A DNA stretch of 64,000 nucleotides from Lepidodermella squamata (GCA_047495785.1 JBLDXI010000003.1:3906001-3970000), one strand, 5' to 3'. Shown: positions 1 to 13,420, counted from the stretch's first letter. The notes: generated by a model from the letters alone, not told the origin. Numbers and translations: made by a program.

Positions 1-1193
1 CGGAAGAGCTAGGACTGACATAATCACCTCCTTCGAATACGTATGCTTGAGCAGCCATGAAAACAACCGAATTTGCGGCTGAAGTGCCTCCTTTAAAAAT
101 GAAATTAAGGAAAAATCAGTTAAAAAAATCCGTCTCACATCACGGTATGGCAATGGTCCATTCAAATGGAAGCGAAGAGTTGTGAATGACAAATGCCAAG
201 CAGAATAAGAAAGAGCCGAGAGAGAAAGGGCCGAAACTGCGGTGAATCCTATCACTGGATTGTAGTGGAAGCGACCAGTAGGCGTTAGAATATCGGCAAT
301 CGGCCGAAAGCCGGCCAAAAAAGGGTGAAGAAGCGAACTGAACTTCTGAAATAATCAAAAAATTTGTTATGGAATGCTAACTCTTCAGTGCGGAATGAAC
401 AAACCCAATGTCTTAGCAGCCTCTCATCGCCTTTAACTGAATTTGCAGCAATGTAGCTGGGAAGGAAATAACTTCTGCGATCAAGCATTCTCGCTATCAG
501 CTATATCAAGAAAGATTTAAAAATGAAAGACAGAAATAAAACTTCGCCTCACATTATATGTTGCCTTCAGCTGAGGCATAGCTTTCCTTCCACCATCAGC
601 GTCACTCGCAAAGGCATTGCTCGCTTTTTCTAGCACAATTTTGAGCAACTCACGACAACCCTATAAAGAAAAGAAAATTACCACACCCAAAGACAAAATT
701 TTGAAATCCACCTTGTAATCAACGTTTGATAAATTATCATCCACAAATCTGAACACCGAAACCCAAACACATGAGTTTGTTGTGGATAGCGCAGTACTGT
801 TGAGGAGTATTTCGCAGACTTGTCTCGCTGAATAGCAATGGTCAGTGATTAGTCGGCTCAGGAAGTCGAGTAGTACTCCCAAACGGCGGGAAGAATATTT
901 CCCCGAATAGATTTCCTCAACCAAGCATTTCAACGGAGTCAACCCGACTTCATTTCCTTGACTATTGCAGTTTATCACCAACGTCTTGAATGCTTCCACG
1001 GATAGCTCCCAGCGCCTCAATCTGGATTTTTCATCGACTACCACGAAGCCAGCAAAGGCTTCTGTGACAAAGTCATATTGCTAAGAGAGAAGAAAATAAG
1101 AATAAATTTATATCAATAATTGATTCTTACCGTAAAACTAGCTAGGGCATCTCTAACGCGATCTGGAATTGCTTCAGCGGCTGTTGCAGTCAT
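1..1193 (-). CDS. MED23: Mediator complex subunit 23, 5' part (multi-exon, runs off window)
   Basis: ATG at 1193. Spliced exons give ...ARQVCEILLNS...VWVSVFRFV...VDYKGCRELLKIVLEK...LDRRSYFLPSY...LRHW, matching the MED23 N-terminus (VCESLINS / VDYKGVRDLLKVILEK / ERNACLLPAY). Confidence 0.9.
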
Positions 1194-1326
1194 CAAAAAT
1201 TAAAATCTACAAGAGATGGAAAGTTCCATTAATAGGCGCTTCAAAATTGTCTTTAATATGAAATCTATATATTCATTCATGATTTTTATCACACAATAAA
1301 AACTAGAGGGCACACAGGGTATCGTG

Positions 1327-2079
1327 TTAGGACAATGCCTTCTCTGCTTCAGCTTTCCGGATCTTTTCGAGTTTCTCACGCAGCTTTGCATGGTGAGACT
1401 TCGATTCTTCTAGATTTCGGTCCACCACTAACCGATCCATGATGTGTTTATAAATCAGCCTGTCGGAGCCAACCGAGAGCGTTGAAATTCCTTCAACCAC
1501 GCGTGAATTAGCTTGTTTTGCTTCCTTCAATTTCCACGGCTTGAAGCGCCAAAATGATAAGAAAACAACAGACTGAGGTAAACCAGAGAATCTCCAGTGA
1601 ATAGTAATCTCCTGTCCATCAATTCGACTAGCTACAACTTCCAATTTTGAACGAGCGTATGAAAGAATAGCACCAAATCTGAAACGCATGATCTTCCATG
1701 CATAAGCGTCGAGGCCTTTGGCAATTTCGACTTCATCCCAAAGCCGATTTTCAAAGTAAACATCTTTCCTGTAAATAGCCCATGGGTGTCTGATGGCAAA
1801 AAACTTTGGTATAGCGAAATTAACCAAGTAGTCATGTAATTTAATGACATGATCTTTCATGTCAGATTCCTCCAGAGGATCGGGATGATCGTTGCTAGCT
1901 CCATTTGTAAGCAAAAAGTCATTGGTGTTACGCTTTGCAGCCACCTTGTTAATATAACGCGAGGTTGACACAATAGCACCGATACCAGGATACAGGATAG
2001 GATAAGGCGAACCACCGCCAGTAAAGATACGAGCAGCGCGAGAAGTCTGGTGCAGCACGTATTTTCGACAAATATTCAT
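1327..2079 (-). CDS. C6orf136-like (DUF2358) protein, single exon
   Basis: 250-aa ORF with IY..DV.FENR, KGL..Y, I.WRFSGLP and F/VEG.ST motifs resembling C6orf136/DUF2358; the N-terminus resembles a mitochondrial presequence. Confidence 0.75.
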   Translation of the reverse strand: MNICRKYVLHQTSRAARIFTGGGSPYPILYPGIGAIVSTSRYINKVAAKRNTNDFLLTNGASNDHPDPLEESDMKDHVIKLHDYLVNFAIPKFFAIRHPWAIYRKDVYFENRLWDEVEIAKGLDAYAWKIMRFRFGAILSYARSKLEVVASRIDGQEITIHWRFSGLPQSVVFLSFWRFKPWKLKEAKQANSRVVEGISTLSVGSDRLIYKHIMDRLVVDRNLEESKSHHAKLREKLEKIRKAEAEKALS

Positions 2080-3227
2080 CTAGATGAAGTCAGGAAAAAA
2101 TTAGTTAATGATGAGAAAACTCCGCTCTCCAATTAGCCACAACTAGAGATTAGCTACCACTGGATGGCTCTACTCACGAATCTCAGAAAACTATATAATT
2201 AAGTAATCTGTAGAGTGCCTAATAGCTTTTTCAAGCAAAGCCAAATTTTTGTAGATTCTTAATATCAATATAAATGTAAACAAGATCAAAATGCCGGGTA
2301 TCTTCATGGCAGACGTTGGGAACAATATTTTCGATAACATGATGGCACAGGGAAGTCACATTTGAGGAAAGTGCTAACTCTGAGCTCCGAGAACAGCAAA
2401 GCAGAGCATGACAAAGCAATATTAACTTCAGGTACGTCGAATCAACATAAAAAATGACGCTATGCCAATCTTTTAAAACAAGTAGAGGGAACAGCTGACG
2501 GATTTGCAAAAGGTCCACTTAAACCTCAGACGCAGCACTCGTCGATTTGCGGTTTGCGGAGGGTATTACGAGGAGACGGAGGGTATGGATCGGCGGCTTC
2601 GGCACACCACATAACTCGCAGCCCGCGCATTCGCAAAATTCAAAAGAAATATTTTCACATAGAAATTATTTCCAGTGAGAAATCGCAATACAACACATCT
2701 GATAATATATTTACAATAATTTTTTTAAGGACACATGGTTACGCGTCTTTTTACCATACCTGAAGAAACCTGTTGATTTTCAGTGAAATCGATCGATCTT
2801 GTATTGTGACATAAGGCCCAAAACTCCGCTACCGCAGAATTATGAGCGTATGAAGGGTCTATGATCTAACCTTAAGGCAAAGTGTAACGTCGAGTGATTG
2901 GCGCCAGGGCTTCACAATCATTCCATTCATAGCATTATACATTGTAAATCGGCGCTACGCTGTATCGAAATTCACATTTTAGGCGCCTATCACCTATCAA
3001 TAGACCCCAGACCTCAGATCTCAGATCGTAGCGTACTTGCTTTTATGCTTTTAAAGTGGATCAAATTAGACAATTACGTTAAGTTGATGTCCAAATCAAA
3101 TCAACCGGTGTTATTGCAAACTTTTGATTAGCGAACGAACAAAATTAATCGGCACGAACCAAACTAGGTGTGTCTACTTTAGAATAAATTCCCTTCGTCA
3201 ACATTTATGAACTACTAAGAGTTAATA

Positions 3228-3842
3228 ATGTCCTCTGTCAAACATATGCCATTTGTAGATGGTTTTGATAAAAAGTTTTTACTGTCAACTGTGCTATGTC
3301 TAAAAAGTACAAAGTGATTGCCTATACATCTGCCGTCGAGTGAGTTTGTAAGATCATGAGTTTTACTTGACTTATGCATGGCTTATTATTGCCTTAGAGG
3401 TATCGAAGCGCAATATGTTAGAGGAGGAGGTCGTGATCCTTACATCCTGATGCTCATCGCCAATGCCCTTGGCAAAAGTGAAAAAACCCAAGAAGACATC
3501 GCAAACTTCATTCATAAAAAATCTTCCCAATTAGGTATTTAATTTTTATTCTTTCCTTGAGCGCACAGGTTCACTTTCATTTTGCTTTCAGATCTGCAGA
3601 TATCCAAGCAGTGTAATAAATTAGAATTAGAGAACGCGAAGCTGCATACCAAGCTCCTTCAGCTGCAAGTGGATGAATTCAAGTCAAAATTTGCAGTTCC
3701 ATCTCCTCCAGCTGCACCAGCCATGCCTACTGTGATAGCTGTTGGACCTCGCGGCGAATCATTGAAATGTTCAGTTTCGACGGATATGAATGCAATTCAT
3801 CCCGATCATCCAAACGTTTATTCATTCAATTACTATCGTTAA
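3228..3842 (+). CDS. CCDC17-like N-terminal module (YVRGGGRDPY + coiled coil); short paralog or upstream exons of the next gene
   Basis: Spliced exons encode EAQYVRGGGRDPYILMLI...CNKLELENAKL, homologous to 4525-4830 (EEQYIRSGGKDPYVLTLL...YNDIELDNVKL) with the same intron positions. Confidence 0.55.
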
Positions 3843-4423
3843 TGCTAGATTTTAAATATTTGAACTTGCAACATGAATTGTCCGGTTTCGCGTTCTAAGC
3901 TCTCAAAAACGCCATAATAGCATATTTCGATTTGGAAACCTGGTGAAACTGAATGAAGTACTGAAGTTTTTATTCATCTTCATAGCTATTAAACTGCATT
4001 TTTAAGGTATCGAAGTTGGTGGTGAACGATCTGAGTAATTGAGGGTGTTATTCCCAAAGCCAAATCAGCATCTATTTTCTATTTGTATTTAGTCATCTCG
4101 GTGATATAAAACATCTAGTAAGCCTAATCCTATAAAAGTATGAACTAGATAACTGGGAATCGCCCGTGCAAGATAAAATTGGCATGAACATTGACACCAG
4201 CAAAAATGAGTTTATAATTTCCTACTTAATTACTAAAAATGTATTACTGAAGGTCCGAAGCTCGAATTCCTAAATAGTTTTAAGGATTTAGGGAGCCTTT
4301 CGGGGTTTAAACAGTGATGCGGTAAAGCGAGGACCAGATGTCCTACATATTTGCTTATGAGAATACAATTATTGTATATTTATTTTTAGATTTTTCCGCG
4401 TTTATCTTGCCCAACTATTGGCC

Positions 4424-6360
4424 ATGCCAAAACATGGTAAAACGGTCAAATTCAGCAGGGAAGTAGAGTGAGTTTTACTTGTAGCTTTCCTAAGAGTGGG
4501 CCTTTATTTCAATTCTTTTTACTAGCGATGTCGAAGAGCAATACATTCGCAGTGGCGGAAAAGATCCATACGTGCTAACACTGCTCACTCGAGCGTACAG
4601 CGATGGGAAGAAAACAACCGATGCCGATCAACGAAAAGCGCTGAATAAGAGTTATGAAACCATAAGTAAGCTTTTTGCCTATTTTCATTCTCAGGGTGAC
4701 GTTTGGTTCACATCAGAGGAGGCACTAGTCCGGCAGTACAATGATATTGAGCTTGATAACGTAAAATTGCAATACGAGCTTATGTCGATTCAGAACAAGC
4801 TCAAAGCCCAGCTTGACGATAAAACGAAGAAAGGTTAGACATCAAAATATTTCGTCAAAAAGTTCAAATTAGTATTATTTTTAGATGAAGCGAAAAAAGG
4901 TTCCGCGGCGGGCATGGGCAAGAAACCCTCACCAAATGGCGGCGATCAACATTTACCTTTGGTTCAACCAATGTCCTACGTCTCGCCCGTTTCGCTGCCA
5001 GTGATACCCAATATTCAGTTGAATCAATCCAACAATCAACACCAGTCATTTTCGAAATTCCCGGGAATAGCTAATATGCCATATCCTGGCATGCTGCCGA
5101 ATTTCCGAAACCCATTTGGGAATACTTACATTGTAACAGGTCTCTTCAAAGATACGTTGCTTGAAAATCCTCTTTATTAAATGTGTATTAGGCGATGAAA
5201 TATACATTAACGGCATGGATGTGGGTGAAAAACCACCTACATCGCCATCCCATAAATTGAGGGTTCAGCCGAATGCGCTGGTAAACACGGCAACTTCACC
5301 GTTATCAAGACGAGACTTGAATCTACACGAGGCAAGAAAATTATCGGCAGGCCAGGCCCCCAAATTCTACAGCTCTACTCCTATTATTGGATTAGATGGC
5401 GAGGTTAATGCTGAAGACGATGGAACGGTAGAGTATTTAATAGTGCAGACAATTTAGCAAAATTTAGCTCCCAACAGATTGAATACAACGGAGAACCATT
5501 TTACGAGGTCAATCGTGCAGTCCCACAGGGCCCGTATGATTTCAAGTGAGCGCGTTCAAGATTCGTTTTCTCGTTTTACTAGTCATTTATTCTTTTAGCT
5601 CTGGGATACTTATATTTTTCGATTTCGTGACGAAGCTACCAAAAGAGGCTAGATACTGCCGGTTGTCAATAGCTTTAATAACAGCCGGCCGAATGAAACC
5701 TCCAATATCATTCCCAGCTTTACCGACCGAACAGTATGCCCCAGGTAAATATAAGTTTAACAAGTTGGTAATTTATTATGTCGCTTGTATATTGATTCTA
5801 GGGGATCATCCTGAATTCAAGCACTTCACTACGGTTTGCCGATTTGCCTACTCTCTTGGAGTATCTGGAGGGTATGCTGCTGAAAAATTGCTGTCGTTAT
5901 TTTCAAGTTTTGTTGATAATTAGGCGACCTACTGGCGATTCTATGAAAAGTGGAATAAGTTTTGTTGCTGAGTTGATGATTTCGCCTGATAAGCCCGTTG
6001 ACGAGCAAGCACCAGTTCTCGGCTGGATTCGACACGGGTGAGAAGGATTATTTGAGAAATGCAATTTTAATCTTATCGCTCACATGTATCAGATGGGCAC
6101 CTATTTCAGCGACAAGAAGAGTTTTTCCCGATGATCCTTATTTGAAAACTTATGCTGGTCGCTACCGAACAACTTTAAGGAAAGAGCTACCGTTAACTCG
6201 GGATTCCGAAGGTTTGCTCGAATTTACTCAAGAATCAAAGCAGCAGAAAGTTGACCATCGCACCGAACTGTTTTACCGAATCGCGAATGCTCACCAATCC
6301 TCCACAGAGCGAATGGGCCCCGTTGATATCAAATATATGGAATATTATGACGTTTTTTAA
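4424..6360 (+). CDS. CCDC17: Coiled-coil domain-containing protein 17-like (multi-exon)
   Basis: GGxDP coiled-coil module, then GPYDF.SG.LIFFDF, GRYRTTLR and ELFYRIANA...YMEYY, matching the CCDC17 C-terminal domain (PYDP.AG.VIFYDF, GRWRLPLR, ELFLRLVNA). Confidence 0.8.
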
Positions 6361-6506
6361 CTTCACTCAACACAGCCTTCCAAAATCGCTTTCTTTATTT
6401 GTCCGAATTGTGTTAAATTTTGCAATTTATTGATAATTTTGAAATATTAATGAAATGGCTAGATGAAACAATCTGGGAAATGTCTGATGTTTGTTAATTT
6501 GTAAAA

Positions 6507-8160
6507 TCAACAATTCGATGGTTCATAGACCATGAAAACAATTGACTGAGATTCATCTTTCGAGTTCTCGGTAACATCTTTGGAAAATCCACCCAGGTAG
6601 CCTTTGAAGAAATTGAATCCATCCGGTGTTGGCGGCACTACTGCAATCTCTCGCTTAGACAACACGCACCCGTAAACAAACGAAGAACGAACGCATTCCA
6701 TTAGCGCTCTTGCGATACCTTAATTAACACAGTCATAATATAATACATTCATTTGCAGTAGCTTCAAACCTTTCTTTCGGACTTCGGGAGCCACCCAAAT
6801 CACACGAATTCCTGCGATAGTTTTTCTTGGGTCTCGATCGAGCTCAATGGGCCACGCAAGATTGGTGTTAGGGTATGCTCGAGAAACAGGCTCGGCGATG
6901 CAAAGTCCAACAACCTTCGACGCGACAGAATCGACGCATACATAAGCCTAAATTTATTTTTCATAATATTATTTTCATTCCTCGAAAGAAGGAACCAAAC
7001 CACCTTTTGTCGGCTAGATAGCTTTTCAAGGCCTGGTTGGTCGATAACTTTGCTGATTTCACGATTGACAACTCCTAAAACAGCCTCGCACTTGTTAGCC
7101 AGGGATTTTTGCATAGAGCTGTCTTTGCTGGCCATAAAAATCAACAGGCCGCCGTCCAAGGACCGCAATGACGCCAAATTTTTAACAATTGACGGCTGAG
7201 CGCAAAATTATTGGCATTAATCAGCAACGGAACATAAAAGCGTGGGTACCTGATAGCTCAGAGTTTCTTTGTAAGAATCGTGATATTTCATGTGCAACAC
7301 CTCGTCGTCAGGGGATTTCAATTCGTAAACCATAGAGCAATCGGGGCATTGAACTACGCCAAATTCTTTCTGACCAGCGTCCTAAACGATTAAATTTAGC
7401 ATAGACCATACGATCGCGCATGCTTCGAGCTTACCAGGATGGGCTGAACGACATTTTCGCTAGGTTTATCTTTAGCTTTCTTTAACCAAGAGGAAAATGG
7501 ACTCTGCTGCTTTTTTGTTTCACTCAAATCCTCCTTATTTGCACTTGGAGATGGCTTTAAGAACAAATTGGCCCTGTCAAAAGAGATAGTCTTGATTGAT
7601 ACTCATGTACTGCAATTAGTGTACCATTTGGAAGCACTGCCTTTAGGTGAATCAAGAGCAGAAAATTTTCCGGGAAGCGACAGGCGAGATGGAATTGGTG
7701 AATTGATCTAAACAAACAACAGACTTGCCGTGAAAATAAAAATGTAATAAAAATAGCTCACGGTTTTTTCTCCCAGCACGGCCGAATTTCGCCCGCTGTT
7801 GCCAGCAGGCAATGGCGAGCCCTTGCTTTCGAGATGGCCAATCCTGGTTGGCGTATTAACGCCTTTAGATTGACTGGGTACCGGCGATTGTGTAGCATCA
7901 GTAACGGGCTTAGGGGAGCTGTAGAACAGTTTTTTGTCCAATTTGCTGATAACTTTAGCTGGCTCGGAAGATATGGGTGTTTTCTTTGCAGGTGGCTGAG
8001 AATTTTCCTCATCCACTTTATCAGGCAATGTACTATTAAGAGGATACAAGATATGTCAATCAAATCGAAGACAATGAAAAATTGGCTGCATTGCTTACCC
8101 ATTAAAAAGAATGTCGACAACGTCTTCCAGCTTGAAGAGCTGTCGTTTCCGGGTGGCCAT
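6507..8160 (-). CDS. ESCO2: Cohesin N-acetyltransferase ESCO1/ESCO2 (Eco1) homolog, multi-exon
   Basis: PIP-like QPILDAGQK, C2H2 finger CPDCSMVY...DEVLHMKYH and acetyltransferase IWVAPEVRRKGIARALMECVR...PTPDG; probable ATG at 8160. Confidence 0.9.
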
Positions 8161-8961
8161 GGAAAATTCAAATTACAACTATTCAGAAAGAAAGTTGAAT
8201 TAACGAAGGAAAATGTTGTTTAAATAGTCATTTGGAATTACAAAGTCAATATCGAATCGGGCATCGACTGAATTCAGTAGCATGTTGACTATTGACCAAG
8301 ATAAACACAATTGCAATTCCATTCATTTCAGGGTAATAAGAGCACTGATTGTATTTTCACAATTGACTAGGCCCGTGTGGATTACTATGCCACCAGGATG
8401 ACTCTTGTGCTAAACTCCAACTAGAAACCCAAATATTTATCGTCAATAGTCAACAGGACGCTGGCTCATTGATCCATTTATCCATCCAAAATGTAGCATT
8501 CATCTTCCACTATCCAAATTTTTTGTTGGATGTTTCAGCAGGTGTCCTATTCGTCGGAGACCGTATCGTTCCTTTTCCGATTTGAAAATACCGCGTGAAT
8601 GTTGTTTTTCAAATAAATTTGTTGTTATTATCAAATATAGCTGTTTTATACGCTTTAAAAAGTTTTACGGAAAAACAAAATTTGAAATTTTGAAAACCCC
8701 GGGAAAAGAAACGGCACCTCGTGCGCGAATCCTGTTAGCGCTTTGCCAAAACGCAATCTTACCTGTAGTTCTCAGTTCCACTTCCCCGAAATGAATGGCT
8801 ATTGCTCGGTTGGCGTGATGATCGTTAGGCAAGCCATTTGGGTGGGAATGTGGTCAACCTACTGTATCATGTTTTTCGTTACTTATTTGAAAGCAGACGG
8901 TACCTGATGTTTGAGAATCTGATGGCTTTGCCTGTTCATTTGCCGTTTGCTTTCTTAGAGA

Positions 8962-11074
8962 ATGCCTAATTTAGAGCCATTTGAACCTGCGTGGAAAAAG
9001 GAGACAACATCCATCCGCCGGACGTTGCATATCGTCACTCAAATTCGAGACGAGTTTCTGGATGCATCTGGAACAGTGATCAAGGAATTTAGATATGAGG
9101 TATCCTATTATATTTGGTTATATTTGCTATCAGCCTTCTTCCTGTTCAGAAGCGAAGTTTGCAGCAGCCTATTACCATTATACCTGCTTGGATCAACCGC
9201 AAAGGATCTCAACCTTCTACAGATTTACCTGAAACCTCTGAACCAGCTCAACAGCCCGAACCTCAGCCGACTTTCGATCACGTACCTGTCTCATCATCAT
9301 CACAACCTTCAGACGTTTCTAACTCTTCATTTCCAGCCCAAGTTATCACTGAAAGCATTCATCGCCCTCAGGAAGTTCCAAGAGGAGAGCGCTTTGTTGA
9401 TGCAACTTTCATGAGCGATGACAGGGTAACTGATGATGACGAGACCGTCGAGGCGCGCAGCGATGCTAGCTCTGCGTGCAGCGATGAGGATTCTATTGAA
9501 ACAATCGAGCTTAACAGTTTTGCATTCTGGGATTCCCCGAAAATGCGGACTTCGAGCCGAATGAAAACCGAGAGCAAAGTCTACATTCCAGTTTACGTAA
9601 TGTCCCAGAGTAACAAACCGGAAAAATTCAACATTTGTGTGAGCGCTGATGGAAAAAATAGGCGAGCTGCTCGACACGACGACTTGATATTTTTGAATGA
9701 ACTTGAACCTTATCAGCAAGTTCAGTTTTGGAAAGACGTTCGCATAGGCGATCATTTTCCTAAGGTTCAGAAAATCAGCGACCACGGCAGTAAGATGATG
9801 GCTATCACAGATTACAAGCTGTTATCTGGAAATAATTGCCAAGGCCAATTGGACCTTGCACTCACTGTAACTAATCCTCAGTTGAAATCCGAGACAATAT
9901 CATTCTGGAATTGCGCATTGCCCGCCAACGCTACCTTAATGCACTCTAAGAAAGCAGCTTCTGCTCGCAAAGCTGGCGGTAAATACAAAGGATATCTACC
10001 GCATGTTATCCTTGACATGAAGAGGAACAAGATATCTCCGACTGCTGAGCGAGGAAAGAAAACGTTTCAAGGAACTATTTTGGAACTTGGAGATCCAGAA
10101 GTAAGTTTCGGCAAATATAGAGCCTTTGGTTGATTTCTATGGTGTTAGGAGGACGAGGAAGAGACGAGGTCATCGAAGAAGTCCAGACGGACCAGTAGTC
10201 CCAGTACCTCTGCCGAAGTTTCCCACGATGGTGGTAGTCACAAATTCGGGGCATTGTATAACCTTGTATCGGTATGCGTTGATGATGCATGTTTTGCGTC
10301 GTTCAAATATTTTAATTGCAGAAATTTCATCCCGTACCTCAACTATTCGCTCAATACGATTGCGCGACGGTGTTCGACAGCAATCCCTCAAAGGAGCAAA
10401 CTGATAAAATCGAGAGCCTGCTTAGCGGAAGCGGTGCTATCTTGTACAAAAATTACGATGTCATGCGATCAAGCAACACGCGTAGCAAAAAATTCTTGCT
10501 TGTCGACAAATTTCCTCGTCGATTGTCGACTTGCTCTGCCCTCACGGGTATATATATACATTTGAGTTGGTTTATATAGCTTTTATAGCTGGCGATTACA
10601 TTTTCAGATGGCGTGCCTGTGGTAAACTTATCCTGGATTATTGATTGCCTCTCGAACAAGGCTGTGGTCACTTTATCCGCCAGACATTTGGTAGAGTGTA
10701 TTACCGCCATCGGCTACCAGAAAAAGCAGCCTTATGAAGCGAATCCGGCCACTAAGCGAATGAAGAAAGTATTTTCAGGCCTCCTGATTGGCGTTGCCGC
10801 CGAAACTGTTGAAGTGTTTGATCGTATTCAGCGTTTGACGGAAACTCTTGGTGGGAAGATGAAAGAAATCCGCTTGGACGGGGAACTGACGAGCCAGATG
10901 AAAGATGTCACCCATGTCATCATTTGCCGTTCAAATATCGAAAAAGTTACTCAGATTCACTCAGCGGCCCCCAAGATTCCGATTGTAACTATGGATTGGT
11001 TCATGGATTGTATTTTTTGCAATGAGAAATTCGATGTTAAGGCTAGCAAGAAATACTACACTTCTGTCAATTAA
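8962..11074 (+). CDS. TP53BP1: 53BP1-like protein (oligomerisation segment, Tudor-like region, tandem BRCT), 5 exons, ~630 aa
   Basis: Exons 8962-9099, 9150-10100, 10149-10271, 10322-10547, 10608-11074. N-terminal IRRTLHIVTQIRDEFLDASGT resembles the 53BP1 oligomerisation domain; FAFWD...VY...KF...DG...DDLIFL is Tudor-like; tandem BRCT (GVPVVNLSWIIDC ... IPIVTMDWFMDCI). Confidence 0.7.
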
Positions 11075-11145
11075 ATGCTCTTTGTTTGTTTTTGTTTGAA
11101 TATATTCATTGCTTTTTTTACCCATTTAGGCTATTAGATTTTCAC

Positions 11146-13420
11146 ATGGCTGAGTTAGAGGTCAGCAAAATGAGCCAAAAGCTCATGGATATATTAGAAA
11201 AAGCCGATTACCGGCCAATTACCAACTCCAAAGATAAAGTTGCTGCCGATAAATTGGATTGGCTGTTCGAGTACGACGGATTCGGTGAATTCTTTACATT
11301 CGTCGTCGATGCTATATCGGAGGAAAACATCATTTCTGAAGATTTGTTGAACCGCTTTGACGATCTCAGTCAGTTGAATCCGAGCGACATTTTACCATCG
11401 GCTGATGTTCTTGAAGTTCTTGGTTCCTTGGCGAAACTTTCGCTTCAAAACACCGATGTCGGTGGGGATGACGTTTCGAATGGCTTGTACCCTGAGCGCA
11501 TTTTAACCTCAGCAAACAGTGGCGATTTAGTGAGAAAAGAATATGCTCTGCTGCAAAAGCAAGCCGAGACTTTACGCAGACAATCGCAATTTTTCCAGGG
11601 TCAGCTGCAAATCGAACGTGTAGCAGTTGTCCAAAAAGAGGATGTGTTGAAAAAAGAACTCGACTCTACCCGTAAAATTGAGGAGAAAATCGAATCAGCC
11701 GCTTCTGAACTGGATGAAGTGTCAACGAAATTGCTGTCTGAGGTTTGCCAACTCGGAGCATTTTACGCCAGCGAACAGTTGAATTCAAATGATTTGGGCT
11801 CTTGTGGAATTATGGGCGCGTTACCGTTTCAAGATATCTACAGGATGGAGGAAGATTACGCCGCGAAATTCACGGCCTACACCAGGAAACAACTCGGACA
11901 CAAGGGTGTTATACATTTGACTGCAAATGGAGCTCCTGTTGAAAAACCTGGCCGTCTATCGTCAAACAGCAACAACTCCGGCCTGTCGACGAGCCTTGCC
12001 TCAAATGGTTTGGAACATATCCGTAACGAAGAGCTTGCTGCATGTTTTAAAGCGCTAACTCCTGCTAGGACGACTAACAAGAACGCGTCGAATCCTCAGA
12101 GCAAATGTCTTTCATTTATGCGTCCAGGTCGTTTTTCGCGAATTTCCAACTCGGAGAATCGCGCAGATGGTCGGTTATCTGTCGACGAAATGACGGTCAT
12201 TTTACAAGAAATCTACGCTGAGTATGTTTTAATTATTCTAGGAAAAATGAGAATTTTTTATTTTTTCAATACAAGTTATGGCCTTGCCTTGATGGAACGA
12301 ACCAAATCGGTGGTTGAGCGCGATCGCCTCTCAGGATGTGTTGCTTTTATCGAGCAGCTACTCGGCTCAATAGAGCGTGGCGAGTTGTCATCAATAATTC
12401 CAAATCTCGAGTAAGATTTTAATTTCTCAGCTAAATTTATTAGAAAAATGAATTAATTCCAGCGTTAATTTGACCCGTGCTGATCGAAAATACGTGGACT
12501 TGAAGTTAAAAATTGACTCTGCTCTTGCCTCTGGAACTAGTTCCATCGCTGCTTCGCTTGATCGTTTGGTCTCACTATCAGTCGAGAGCATTTTGGATTG
12601 CGGCCTTGACCTGGAATTGAAGCGAAAAGAATATGTTTTAGACAAACGAGAAAAGGTTATTGGCTACCTCAAATCGATTTGCGCACGCGGCACGACTATT
12701 CGATTGCTGCTTGAAAACGAGTTGAAATCCGTGGCGGATACTGTTATGCTAGGTGAATCTATTGTACATGAGTTGAAAACGAGCGAAGACGCCCGACTTG
12801 CCCGCAAGGCGTTTTTCGGTCGACCTCAATTTGCGCTGAAGCAATTGCCGAAATATGCAGTTGATAGCGTCAACGTATTCATCTCAGCTCTTCATAGTCT
12901 GCTGGTCAAATTCCCGTTTCCAAATGACAACAAAATGCCGTGCTGCCGCGATAAACCGGTCGATGTACTTACTCTGGCTCATGTTGCCGAGCATATCAAG
13001 CATTTTATCGAAAATGTGAAGCTGGTTGACAAGAATGTGGCGACAACTGAAGTGGCTATTCTTCAGCAAACTGCTTTATTGTGAGTTTTTCGGTGTTGTT
13101 ATCTTATTTAATAGCAAATTTTCATGTGTAGGACTTCTCTTATCAATCAAATGCGAGCTGTTTTGTCGAATGATGGCCTGGCATCTTCTCCGACAACAAT
13201 GTTGAGCAGCCTTGCTAATCGTCTTGAAAGGGAAACTGACCTTCTTGAGGCGCATCTCACTGCGGAAATTCGTAACTTTGAAGATGCTAAAAAGCAGATG
13301 AATGATCCCCTGATTCGCGAGGAACGACTGTTTTTCACTAAATTTTTCTCGGAAACCGGCGACGAATCTCATCTTGTCAATCAAGTCATTTCAGATCTTC
13401 AGAACAAAAATGCTTTCTAA
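11146..13420 (+). CDS. HAUS3: HAUS augmin-like complex subunit 3
   Basis: N-terminal LDWLFE...FF.FVVDAISEENIISE and C-terminal ERLFFTKFF motifs; coiled-coil body; two short introns (~12412-12460, ~13082-13131), possibly one more near 12221-12275. Confidence 0.85.

Noticed and set aside
2755-2806. CTGAAGA...GAAATCGATC resembling a hammerhead core
   Set aside because: Stems I and II do not pair properly; probably chance.
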